64,000 nt of DNA from the human T2T-CHM13v2.0 reference genome, Homo sapiens, in the NCBI RefSeq assembly GCF_009914755.1, contig NC_060936.1, one strand, 5' to 3'. Each line of letters starts with the position of its first letter. The stretch's first letter is position 1. Shown here piece by piece: positions 1 to 14,672 of this stretch. A program made the position numbers and the translations under genes. The notes under the pieces are model-generated. The model worked only from the letters and a program-made list of their open reading frames with translations, was not told the DNA's origin and made no database searches.

Positions 1-429
1 TTCTGCATGCTGGCTAGGAGAGCCTAGGCAACAAACAGTCCACAGGTATGCCTATGGTTACTGCTATTTCAACAGAGTTCACTGGAGTAAGATGATGAGG
101 GAGGAAGTTCATCTTTTTGAGGATTTACCCCCTGTTTACATTCAGTCTTTCCATGTTGAACTAGAAATTCAAAGAGGAGGCATCATGTCTCCTTAAATAT
201 ATGTATCTTTCCCCTCTTTGGAGATCAGGATCTGTTTTAGACTGTGGGGAATTCAGTAGCCCCAACTCTGTTTTCAGGTGAGGTAACTGAAACCTCCCTG
301 CTTCAGCAGTGCGATTCCCACTACCTGTTTACAAGAGAACTGAATATCCCCTCCCCTAGGGATCCTCTGCTGGAACTCCGATTACCCCATAAGTTGCTGT
401 TAAATCAGTGAATGGCATTCATTAGGCAC

Positions 430-612
430 ATATCATGTGACAAGCAGTGTATCATATTCCTCTAATTCTTCAAAAACAACTTTATGAGAGAGGTACTAAC
501 GTCATCTATTTAACCATGAGGAAGTCAAAGCACACAGAAGTTAAGTCATTTGTCCAAGGTTACATGGCTAATATGCAGTGAGGCAGGGATTCAAACCCAG
601 GCAGTTGGCTTC
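430..612 (-). mobile_element. MIR SINE relic
   Basis: Reverse-complement MIR core (gaagttaagtcatttgtccaaggttaca...ggattcaaacccaggcag); boundaries approximate. Confidence 0.7.
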
Positions 613-794
613 TTATGGAGAACTGGGCAAGGGATCTTAGTACTAAATCAGCTAACCTCATCTAGTGGAAATGTCATTCTCAGAGTTCTTCAGGCTGCAG
701 ACACCAGGCTTCTGTAACTAGCTCTAGGTCAGTTTGGAAAGGTGCATGGTAAACACCAATAATTTAGGAATATAAGGCAGCTTAAGATTTTAAT

Positions 795-1600
<806 letters not shown>

Positions 1601-2529
1601 TTAAGGTCAAGTATTTTGTTTATGGATTTAATTTTTTTTACAGTTATAATCACAATGTCCCCAGTAAAGAAACCATAATATAGCTCATGTTGTTTTTGTT
1701 CTTAATTAGCTTGTTAACTTCATGGTACATTGACCACTTAAAAATGAGATTTATTCTTCTCATTAACTTTAAAATGTTTGGAAATGAATTGCTTAATATC
1801 AGAAAACATTTCTTATGCTTTTTGAGAGAGGAAAATAGGTGAGCGTCTATTTATTATCTGGTGATGTCTATGTGCTGGAGTCTTGGTTCTCCCTATTTCA
1901 TGATTCCTGATAAAAGACTTATGCCTCCGTTCTTGTAGCCCATTCAGAGACCAGGTTTAGGCGTGAGTGCCACCAAACAAATTAGAGTTTTTGCCAGAGT
2001 ATGGAATTCCAAGTCTTATTTTCAGGCCCCTAGGCATCTGTGCCAATTGTGTGAGTTGCACTAACGACTAGTAAGTGAGTGGTCATTGCTCTGCTAAATC
2101 TTGGATATACAAATTTAGGGGGTCTCAACACATGAACAGGATGGGGAACAGGCAGAGAGGCAAAGCTGTGTTTGTGAGGAACCAAGAGAGGCAAGGCTTG
2201 ATTCCTGAGTTGTTTGGATATATGCTGTCCAGAAAGTGGGGTGAATATAGTACCCCATCCTGAGGAGATTGGAGCTCTGTGCAGCCAAGAGAAATGGCCC
2301 CATAACAGGTAGCCAGAAGCTCAGGGCTCTCTATTCACAGCCAGAATAGAGGCTGTCACAATCCTGGGGAAATTTGTTGATTTCTTTATTCATTCATCCA
2401 ATAAATATGCCATAGAGACAGGGCAGTAAAACACACAATGACAACAACAAAACAGACAGAAAACTCTGCCTTCATGAAACTTATACTCTAGTGATGCAGA
2501 CAGAATCCAGTAATATGTAGTGAAAAAAA

Positions 2530-4700
2530 AAATTCATGACCACACTGGGTTTACTCCAAGAATGCAATTTTGTATTTTGGTCTTATGTGAAAAAATCAGT
2601 CAAAGAATGAAAGAGAATAATTACATGTCACTTCAATAGTTGCACAAAAAAAATTAGTAAAATTCAATACCCAAGCATGATTTGAAAAAACAAACACTCT
2701 TAGCAAACTCGAACTATAAGGGAATTTTCTTAACCTAATTAAGGATATTTACAAAAGAACCTTTGATGAATATCATGCTTAATAGTAAAATGTTGAAAGC
2801 TTTCTTTTTAGGATTTATAACAAGACAAGCATTGTCTTTTATTACTACTTTTATTCAATGTGCAAAATTGAAGGACACTGAAGGCCCTGGCCAGTGCAGT
2901 ATGAAAGAAAAATAAATAAATGACAAAGTTATTGGAAATAAAGAAATAAAACATCATTATTCACAAATATGATTATATCTGTGGAAAACTGTGTGAAAAT
3001 AAATAAAATTTAAAAGCTCTTGGAACCCTGAAAATATTTTAGGCTTTGAGAGATATGTGACTGTGATCTGAATCACATGTAGTTACAACCTCTATTCTCA
3101 GATTATAGATTAACCTGCTTTCTTGTTTTTCTTGTTCTGTGCAATGACTAGAGAGAATTAAACAATGCCAAAGACAAAACCTCCTGCCTTCTTCATTAAT
3201 GACCCTTGTTATAGATTAACTTCCCCATTTTTGTCTTGATTTGCTAGATAAGATGACAGAAAACTCATGACTATTACTCCCTCTGGAAAAAAAAAAAAAG
3301 AAAGAAAGAAAAAAAAAGTTAAATGTACCCTTCCCAGAATAAACACAGCCTATAACCAATCAAATTGCTGTAACTATGCACCAACCTTATATGGAAAAAT
3401 GTTGTAATCCTCCTAAAAACTCCCTGTCTCTGCCTACATAAATGAAACCTTAAGTTCCTTACTTCGGCATACTTACTCTAGTCCTCTGCAGTTGGTGTTT
3501 CCAGGTAGGCTATCTTCAAATGTTGCTCTTGAATCAACTATCCTTAAATTAGATTCTTAACATTTTATTATTTTAGGCTGACAGTTGAAAAGAACCTACA
3601 GCCAAATCAAAAGAATTCATAAGTGAGTTTAGCAAAGTTACTAGAAACAATATTTAAAAATTTATTTGAATTTTTCTATACGAGCAATAAAAAAAACAAA
3701 AAGATGTTATTTATAACAGCTTCAAAAATATCAAATAACTAAAAATAAGTCTAGCAAAAGATATGCAAGGCCACCATGCCAAAAACTATAAGACACTATT
3801 AAGATAAAAAAAATAAGACCTAAATACTCTAACTGATAGAAAAGACTAATTCATGGATTGCAGAAATCAAATTGTAAAGGATAATTCTTCCCAGATGGAT
3901 CTAGATATCCAATGTAAACACCTTTGATTATTTTTTTTTAAATGAAACTTGACAAGTGAGTCTACATTTAACTAGAAATTCCAAGGGTCAATAGCTAAGA
4001 AATGTTTTACACGAGTAACAGTGGATTCTGATTATCAAGACTATAATGCTTCGGTAGTAATACATTGGCACAAGTTAAGAGATTGGATGAGGATTATAAG
4101 GATAGACAAGTTAACCAATGAAATAGAAAGAGAGCCAAAAACAGACTTAACCACACATGGGTGCTTGATTTATGAGAAAGGTGGTATCATAGACCAGTGG
4201 GGAGAAAGGGATCTTGTTGATAAATAATATTGGGACAATTGAATATCCATATTAAGAAAAAATTTGACCCCTGCCTGACACAATAAATAGATATTAATTT
4301 TAAATTTTTAGGCATAAATATGAAAGAAAAAAGCAAAAAATATTAAGATGATACAGTAGGAGAATAGTTTCATGATTTTAGAGTAAGAAAAGAATTAAAA
4401 TAGGACATAAGAAACGCTAACTATAAAGGAACCAAGCCACATACGTACATTGAAATTATTAACTTCTGTTTGCCAAAAGACACCTTTAAAAACGAAAAGG
4501 GAAGAGCAGAGTGGAAGAAAATATTTACAACACAAACAAAAGTTAAAAGTCTCTTACCTCAAATATATAAATAACTTCTACAAATTAATAAGAAAAGATT
4601 AACAATTCAGTAGAACAATGAGTCAGAGCAAATCACAAGAGGCTATTCAAATGGCCAATAAATCCTATGATGTTAAAATTCCTCAGAAACAATCAAAAAG
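2530..4700 (+). mobile_element. Ancient L1M ORF2/3' relic split by an LTR
   Basis: Degenerate L1 ORF2 DNA (catgaccacactgggtttactccaagaatgcaa ~ [11 protein letters not shown]); A-rich; no intact ORF. Confidence 0.7.
2992..3583 (+). mobile_element. Solo ERV LTR (probably ERV1 class) inserted in the old L1
   Basis: TG...CA termini (tgtgaaaat...ggctgaca), about 590 bp, CCAAT and TATA-like motifs; L1 sequence continues on both sides. Confidence 0.65.
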
Positions 4701-6365
4701 TGAAAAACAAACTGGACCCAGAAGAGCAGAAGCCTGTGGTTGAAAGGAAAACAGAGCAGGGAGAAGGAAGATCAGGACAGTATTGAGAGGGTATACCAGC
4801 ACTGGGTTAAAACAATCTGGGTGACGTTCAGTAAAGCTCCATTATTTTTAACTGGGATTTTTGGGGCCAGCCACTGAAGTGGGAAGGTTTATCCCTTTCC
4901 TGTGGGTCTTTGGATTTTCATTAAATCTTTCCCTATTCCCTTAAACAAATTTTGCCCTTCTGTCATCTAGTCCACTTCCTCTCTGTTGGTGGCTAAATGG
5001 GATCATCCTGGAGGAAACTTAAGGCTATTTCATTTCCCATTTTAAGTGCCTTTTGGGGCTGAACAGAGATCTGCAGTTGATTTGTTAGCTGGCAGAAGTG
5101 TGGACAGTGAAAATTGCAAATTGATTTTTTCTTGAAGGGTCAGCTATTGGCTCACATTTTCAGGTAATCAGTTATGATGCTATCAAATAAAGCCACTTGC
5201 AATAGTGGCCATCTAATAATAACAAATGTAGATTACCCCACACATTATTTAACTCTCTAAAACACTAGCTTGTGGCTGCAGGTACAAAACTCCAGTGAGA
5301 AAATCTTGCAAAAACATTTGGTGCAAAATCAATGATAAAATCTTTCACAGCATTTTAAGAGTAACTGTAAGAAGAAAGCAATTGTAGTTATTCATTTAAT
5401 CGTTTTTCTAAATAGAGTCTACACATGAGCTGAACTCTTCATTTGGAATGAAATAATCCTTTTGAAAATTTTACTCTGCATTAGATTTTATCCCAAGTGG
5501 CCCAAGAAGCACTATCTAATATGACTAACAACCACACATCTATAACTAGTACAACTCCAACTATAACTTTGTAGGACCTATTGAAGTGGTTGACTTATGC
5601 TTATTAAAATATTAAATAAGAATGAAACCAGTCATTCTTTGGAAGATTCCAAATAATGTTGTAGAAACTTCTATTCATTTATATATTCCAAGATATCTTC
5701 CATAAAGTGGATAAGATTTTTAAAAAGATGTAAAAGGACCAATTTTGAGTGTGGCCCAACCAGACTCAATTCTGGAAATCAATTCTTACACATTATCAAT
5801 TATTCATATTAATATATCATTATATATATATAACTTTTTACACTGATTTATTTATTTTATTTGACACTATAAAATAAAGCAACCTAAAATAAAGTCAGTA
5901 TTGCCTTGGAGAAATATTCTGTTAATCTTTCCATTCTGAAAATGAATGCCATAGGAGAATGACGAACAACAGAAAATTTATTAGCGTAATGAAAGAAAAT
6001 TTAAAGTACTCCCCTAAATGCATAGAAGTAGACTATGCCCTGAAACTGTTTTTGAGTAGAAACTTTCTGAATATTGAGTTACAATGGTGCATTTGATCTA
6101 ACAAAAAAGATGAAAATATAAAGAATTAATTGTCTCAATTCCAGAGAATATTGTATATAGTTGTGTATATAGTTGTGAAAAAACTGGACAGCACTTTTTT
6201 CATATTAGTTCACATTCACAAAGTTCATAACAATACAATATGACTCATAGTTGTTCATTACTAGGACCTTGAACTACAAAGAAACCCGCAGAATATTCCT
6301 TGGCAGCTCTGGCTTCATGGATATATGACTTTGCATTCATACACGAATCTTAAGCTTGGAAAATC

Positions 6366-6646
<281 letters not shown>

Positions 6647-6724
6647 AGAAAGAAAGAGAGAGAGAGAGAGAGAGAAAGAGAAAGAAAGAAAGAAAGAGAA
6701 AGAAAGAAAGAAAGAAAGAAAGAA

Positions 6725-6772
<48 letters not shown>

Positions 6773-6790
6773 AAAAAAGAAAGAAAAGAG
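6647..6790 (+). repeat. (GA)n/(GAAA)n compound microsatellite derived from the Alu tail
   Basis: About 140 bp of pure purine repeat. Confidence 0.95.
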
Positions 6791-7996
6791 ACCCTGCAGT
6801 ACGAAAACTGAACTGTGATTTATCCATATGTTATGCCCCTCTATTTCATAAATATTAAGAAAAATCATTTTGACTGTGATTAAATGTATATATACTGAGC
6901 CAAATATTTTTCTTTCAACTATTTTCCCTTCCTTCCCCCTTCTTCCTTGGATTTTTTTTCTCCTTAACATTGACTATGGTCTATATATATGTGTGTGTAG
7001 GTCTAGTACTGAGCTCTCTATGATGTTCCATTTACCTTTCCTTGTGCCATATACAATGTCTTAATTACTATAGCTTTATAATAAAGTTTGATATTTGATC
7101 ATACAAGTTCCCATCTTGTTCTTTAGAACTGTCTTGGTTATTTTTGGTCCTTTGCTAGTCTATATAAATTTTAAAATCAACTTGTGATGTTGGGATTCTA
7201 GGAGTGTTAATCAATTCATGAAAATTAATGTCAATACAATATTAAATCTGACTATCCATGAATATGGTATATCTGTTCATTTGTTTAGGTTTTATTTAAT
7301 GTCGTTTAATAAAGCTTTATAATTTTTACCAGATATGGGCTTACACATCTCCCACTAGATTTTTTTTCTCTTGGATAAAATATTTATTTTTATTGTAATT
7401 TAAAATAGTATAAATATTTTTAAAGTTTTTTACTTTTTAAATATTTGTTTACAGTTCATTTTTGAGGTAAATATACATACAGTAAAATAGACAAATACAA
7501 GTGCACAATTTGTTGAATTTTGACAAATGCAAACAAACGTAGAGGTAAGAATGTTTTACATAGTATAATCTTTTTAATAACATTTTTAGCTGATCATTGC
7601 TGGTGTATAAAAATGCAATTTCCTTTTTATTTTGTAGACAATTATACTACCCATAAATAATGACCAGTTTGTTTTGTTTCATTCTAACTCCTAATTCCTT
7701 TTATTTTACTTTTTTATTCACATTACTATACCATCTAGGCCATTTAGTAGAGTGTTAAACAAATGTAGTAATAATAAACATCTTTACCTATTTTATATTA
7801 AACTTAAAATTTTTCACCATTAAGTATAATATTGCTGTAAAGTTTTTTGATAATATTTACACGTTTAAGAAATTTTTCTTCCATTATTAGTTTGCTTAAG
7901 ATTTTCTAAACCATAAACGGATATTAAATTTTATCTAATACAATGTGTCTACTTAGCTCATTATATAGCTTTCATTCTTTAATATGTTAATGGTGC

Positions 7997-8983
<987 letters not shown>

Positions 8984-9691
8984 TGGGGTGAATAACATAA
9001 TTTAACTTTCTAATATTAAATCAACTTTGTATTCCTGAAATGAATTCAACTTGATAATAAAATATTTACTTTTTTATACGTTATATAATTTGGCTTTATA
9101 AGATTTTGTTTAGGATTTTTATATCTATGTTCATGAATAAGACTGGTCTGTAAGTTTTCTACTTTATGCTGTCCTTGCCTAGTTTTGCTATCAAGATTAT
9201 GCTAACCTTATAAAATAAGTTTGGGGATGTTTCCTCCTCTTCTATAACCTAAAAGAGTTTTTGTAAAATTGAAATTATTATTTATTAAATATTTGGTTGA
9301 ACTTGTCCTTTAGTAATTGGTAGTACATATTAAGGAAATACGCACATCAATGGACATGTTCAGGAAAAATGAGTGTTGAATTTTATCTCTTTTTTTTTTT
9401 ACATATTTTAAGATTACCTTATAATTTTTTTCTTTACAATGTTAATGTCATATATTCATAGGTCTTAAATGTTGAACCATTTACTATCTTTTTGTTTTGT
9501 GTGTTGCTGGACTTGATTTGCAAATATTTTTATGAAATAATATTTATAAGTATAATTGACCTACTATTTTTATCTTGCATTACTCTTATTTTATTATCAA
9601 AATTATACTAAATGTATAAATAAACTAAATAATTTTTTCTTTTTTTCTATAGTAGTTCGTATAAAATAAAGATTGTTTCTTAAAGATTTAG

Positions 9692-10128
9692 TACTGCCAT
9701 AACCAATTACTACAAACTAGGTGGCTTAAAATGCTAGTAATTTATTCTCTCACACATCTGGAGGCCAGACTTCCAAAATCAAGGTGTCAGCAGGGTTAGG
9801 TTAGTTCCTTCTGGAAGCTTTAAGGGAAAAACATTCCATGCTTCTCTACTAGTTTCTAGTGTTGCTGGCATGTCTTGGAGTTTTTTGGCTTGTGGTAGCG
9901 TAGTTCCAATATCTGCCTCCAGTTTCCCATCACCTTCTTTCCTGTGTGTCCCTCTATGTCATCTCTTCTTACAAGGACAACAGTTATTGGATTTAAAATT
10001 CAACCTAAATCCAGGATGATTTCATCTTAAGATCCTTAACAAATTATATCTACAAAGACCTTACTGGCAAAAACATGACATTTTAAAGTTTGGGTGCACG
10101 TTACTTTGTATGGGATACTATTCAATCC
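9692..10128 (-). mobile_element. MLT1 (MaLR) solo LTR
   Basis: ctgccataaccaattactacaaactaggtggctt...ctggaggccagacttccaaaatcaaggtgtcagcaggg. Confidence 0.75.
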
Positions 10129-10477
10129 CTTCCAATTGCCTGAAATACAAAAATATGCCAGGTATAATTCCAAAATATAAAAGAAAAACAGTCTTGCTAA
10201 GTGAGACTTTTGAATTACTTGATACTTTGTCTTGGATCTGAGGAAATGAAGTATATTTGAGGTATAATTGCTTTAAAAAGTACTCCAGTGGATAAAAGTA
10301 GGTGAGTAGAGAAGAAAGAGTGTTAACAGCCATTAGTGGTGGCTTCTGGAAAGGACAATTACTGATCAGACCATCTGTTAATTCTACCAGACAGTTTAAT
10401 GTGCAAATGTAAATAAAACTAATAACATCTCCATGGAAAATTAAAAAATGCTTAACCAACATTGATTTGATATTGAG

Positions 10478-10875
10478 AGTCTTCGTCTGTTTTGTGTTGC
10501 TGTAACAGAATATGCAAGACTAGGTAATTTGTACAGGACAGAAATTTATTTCTCACAGTTCTGGAGGCTGGAAAGTCTAAGATTAAGGTACCAATAGGTT
10601 TGGTGTCTGAGGAGGGTCCAGTCTCCACTGCCAAGATGATGCCTTGAATGCTGCATCCTCCAGAGGGGAGAAACTCTCTTCTTTACATGACAGGAGAGCA
10701 GAAGAGAGAGAACCCACTCTTGAAAGTTATTTTGGTAGTTGCATCAATCATTCATAAAGGTAGAGTCCTCACAGCCTAAACATCTCTCATTAAGCCCCAC
10801 CTCTCAACACGATTGCATTGGGGATTAAGATTCCAGTACATTAATTTGGAGGGGCCAAAACATTTAAACTAAAAT
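10478..10875 (-). mobile_element. MST/MLT1A-type MaLR solo LTR
   Basis: aaatttatttctcacagttctggaggctggaaagtc...ggtgtctgaggaggg signature. Confidence 0.75.
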
Positions 10876-11887
10876 ATTGAATTTCTGCTAGAACTAATAA
10901 CTGTGTTAGATGAATAATAGAAAGTAGATCAGTACCAATAAGCATTTCACTCAAGTCAGCCCCAACCCCTTTCAGCTGCAAATAATTTAGAGTGATTTAT
11001 TGGCATGATTTAACTTTAATCAGAAATTGAGAAGTGAGTAGCTATATTGTAATATTTAATAATATATTTAAAGATATAATTATACCAACCTCCTAGATTA
11101 TTGTCTCTTGTTACTATGTTTCTCTGGAAGCATTTTTCTTGGATTTCGTAAAAGGTTCTCTAGAAGAGGAAGTAGTCTAGAGAACAAACTGAAAACAATT
11201 TGCAATTGTTTAAAAGCAACATTTCACAAATTCTAGTTATAAGAACTTCCAACAAAAATCACTGTCAGAAAAAAATATATGGGCATCCTCTGGGGCCTCT
11301 ATGGGATGGAGATTGTTGGAATCCTTTTCATCTCTAAGATTCTGTGAAGTCTCTGAGTTATGAAAGAGTGAGCTGAGAATCTCAGCATTCCCAGGTGAAG
11401 GGAACTAAGGCAGGTGATTTAGCAATGTGGAGGGTCATGCTTCAAGATCTTGTTGGAAACCCATATCCCAAGGAAAAAGGTGGCCCAGGTAACAATAACA
11501 CAGAACAAAATAATAGAAAGATACCAGTTTTGCAGGCAGGTAGATCAGTCTTTGAATCCTAGCTCCTCCATCTCTGTGTCTCTGTTCTGTCATATACCTT
11601 AATTAAAATTCAAATGAGATAACATATGCAAAGTACCTGAACATTAGGTGCACAAAAAATGGTAGGTGGTATTAACTGTGACTAGGAAAGAGAAACAAAA
11701 TTGCTGCATAAATGGCAAAAATTTTAGTCATCAATTAAAACTACTTACAGAGAATGTATATACTTTTAAGATTTATGATAATTTTTCTCATCATAAAGAG
11801 GACTGTATCAGCCTAAAATTATCATAATATGGAAGTTATTTTGCACATGTCAACATGGCAACACCCCTAGTTGTGTGCTGTTCATGA

Positions 11888-12353
<466 letters not shown>

Positions 12354-12574
12354 TAGGAAAAGTGTAGTGTCATTACTTTTAAAAATTATAATGTTTTCAT
12401 TCATATTGAGTTATTCAGCTTTCTTGCTGCAAGACTTTATTGAAACAATATGATATTGGTGCCTGATTTTTCAAATAGTTCTGTTGCTTTACATACTTTA
12501 AAAATATAAAAATAGCATAACATTTGGTGAGTTGAACTTTAAGGGTAGTTTTCTTAAATTTCATAAATTCATAC

Positions 12575-13069
12575 TATTGGGAGACAATTTTCCATGGGTC
12601 TCTCAACATTTCAGCACACCTGGCAGAAGCACTGATTGCCTTTTGTTTACAGCGTATCCTTTCAAGGATGTTTGTATAGAGAACAAGCTTGACAGATAGA
12701 TAGTGTTTCCCTCTGGAGCAAAAGACAACCATGTATGCTCTCTAGTATAATAAGTATTTTTCTCATTGGAGCAAAAAACAGGTATGCTTACTGCCCATTA
12801 TAAAATAGGTCAGAGTTCTTCTCCTTTAACATAACCCACTGCTTGTGCAGATATCATCTAGCCTTTTTTCTGATGCCCTCCAGAAGTTGAGACTTGAGGA
12901 ACTGATACAAAATGCTAATAATCTGGCTACCACTGTTGCTGTGAATAATAAACTATCCTTTGTCTCTGACCCAGGAATCTTCTGCTTTCTACCAGCATCC
13001 ATGAGACTGTGGCAGAATAACTAGCTTGCAGATAGGGTACAAATATCAGATGCGTTGAAGTTCTTGACA
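12575..13069 (+). mobile_element. ERVL solo LTR (LTR47-like)
   Basis: tattgggagacaattttccatgggtctctc...gttcttgaca; TATA and AATAAA present; degenerate 5-bp flanks catac/aatat. Confidence 0.65.
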
Positions 13070-13095
13070 AATATCTGAAACATTTATTTGATGAC

Positions 13096-13451
13096 CGTAT
13101 TAGTCTGTACTCATGCTGCTGATAAAGGCATAACCAAGACTGGGTAATTTATAAAGGAAAGAGGTTTAATGGTCTCACATTTCTACATGGCAGGGGAGGT
13201 CACACAATCATGGCAGAAGGCAAAGGAGGAGCAAGGCACATCTTACGTGGTGGCAGCCAAGAGAGCGTGTGGAGGGGAACTCCCATTTGTAAAACCATCA
13301 GATCTCATGAGACTTATTCACTACCATGAGAACAGTATGGGGGAAACTGCCTCCATGATTCACTTATCTCCACCTTGCCCCTGCCCTTGACATATGGGGA
13401 TTATTACAATTCAAGGTGAGATTTGGGTGGGGACATGGCCAAACCATATCA
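13096..13451 (-). mobile_element. THE1 (MaLR) solo LTR
   Basis: gtattagtc...gactgggtaatttataaaggaaagaggtttaat...ccaaaccatatca; 5-bp TSD atgac/atcac. Confidence 0.9.
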
Positions 13452-13518
13452 ATCACTAACAAAAGGAACTAATCACTAACTAATCACTAACAAAGGAACT
13501 AATCACTAACAAAAGGAA
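13452..13518. repeat. Short tandem repeat, ~20-bp unit (aatcactaacaaaaggaact)
   Basis: About three copies plus a partial unit directly after THE1. Confidence 0.85.
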
Positions 13519-14672
13519 TCCCATGACTAATTCACATTCTAGCATATCTAGAGCAAAGCAGCAAAGGGCAAGTGTGACCATTTGTAAAGTTGTGAGTATG
13601 TGTATGTGTGTATGTACAGCCAGTTGTCTACTTTTAGAAGCCAGGAGACTATTTAACACTTCCTAGAACCTGGGATTTTTCTGAAACAAAGAATCAGATT
13701 GATATTTTATATCAACTTTTAAAAATTCAAAGAAATCAAAACCATAGTACACAGTATATACACTAATGATAAGATTATGCCTAAAAACACGTAAGAGACA
13801 AAAATAATTATAAGCAATAAAAAATTTTGAGTCACTCTAATATGGAAGATTGGCTATAAAATCAGCTCATAAAGTAAAAATTGCATATAGTAAAATACAT
13901 ATGTTGAAAATGCCTTTAATCACCCATAGAGTATACTGACCATACAGATTTTTTAAAACAAATAATGCATTTAATTTATTTGTCAATGGCTATGAAAACT
14001 TTAAAACCATTCACATGTTCTTTCCATAGGTTTTGGAACTTCTGCAGTTGGTTTTCTGACTTAATTGTAGCCCCTGTGCAAGTCATAGCATTGGTGGTGC
14101 AGAGAAGTGTCTACTCAAGCTGTATTGTTAATTTAACAAACTTTAAATGTATGCATGACATGACTTCATTTTACCCTTAAATATTTTCATCATTAAACAG
14201 GAGAAGATAAAAAATAAGCCAACATATTGAATTTTAAAAACAACCATTAAACAAACTTAACAAGGAACAAAAAAACAAACAAAGTTAAAGACAGATATTA
14301 ATGAATCAGAAAAAAAATTGGTTGAATTAACGAATTCAAAAGCAGGTTTCAGAAGATGATAAAATAAAATGGAAAGGTTTTGAAAGCTCACCAAACAACT
14401 ACAATATAAGCCCTGTGAAGGCACAGTACCTGGCCTATAAATACACAATAAATATTATTTAAATGAATGAATACATTTTAAAAATCAGGAATAGGAAGAG
14501 AAAGAATAAGAGTGAGATGTTTAGTGGCCAAGACTAAAGGTGATGCACATAATTTCTGCCCATATCTCAGGGGCCACAGCTCAGTCACTTGGCTTCCCTG
14601 GACAAAGCCTGTTTCTGGGAAGAAAATGAAATGATTTGGTTCTCTGCAATGCCTGGATATTATTTCCTCTCT

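Noticed and set aside
13452-13518. CRISPR-like repeat
   Set aside because: Head-to-tail tandem units with no unique spacers, no cas genes, mammalian context
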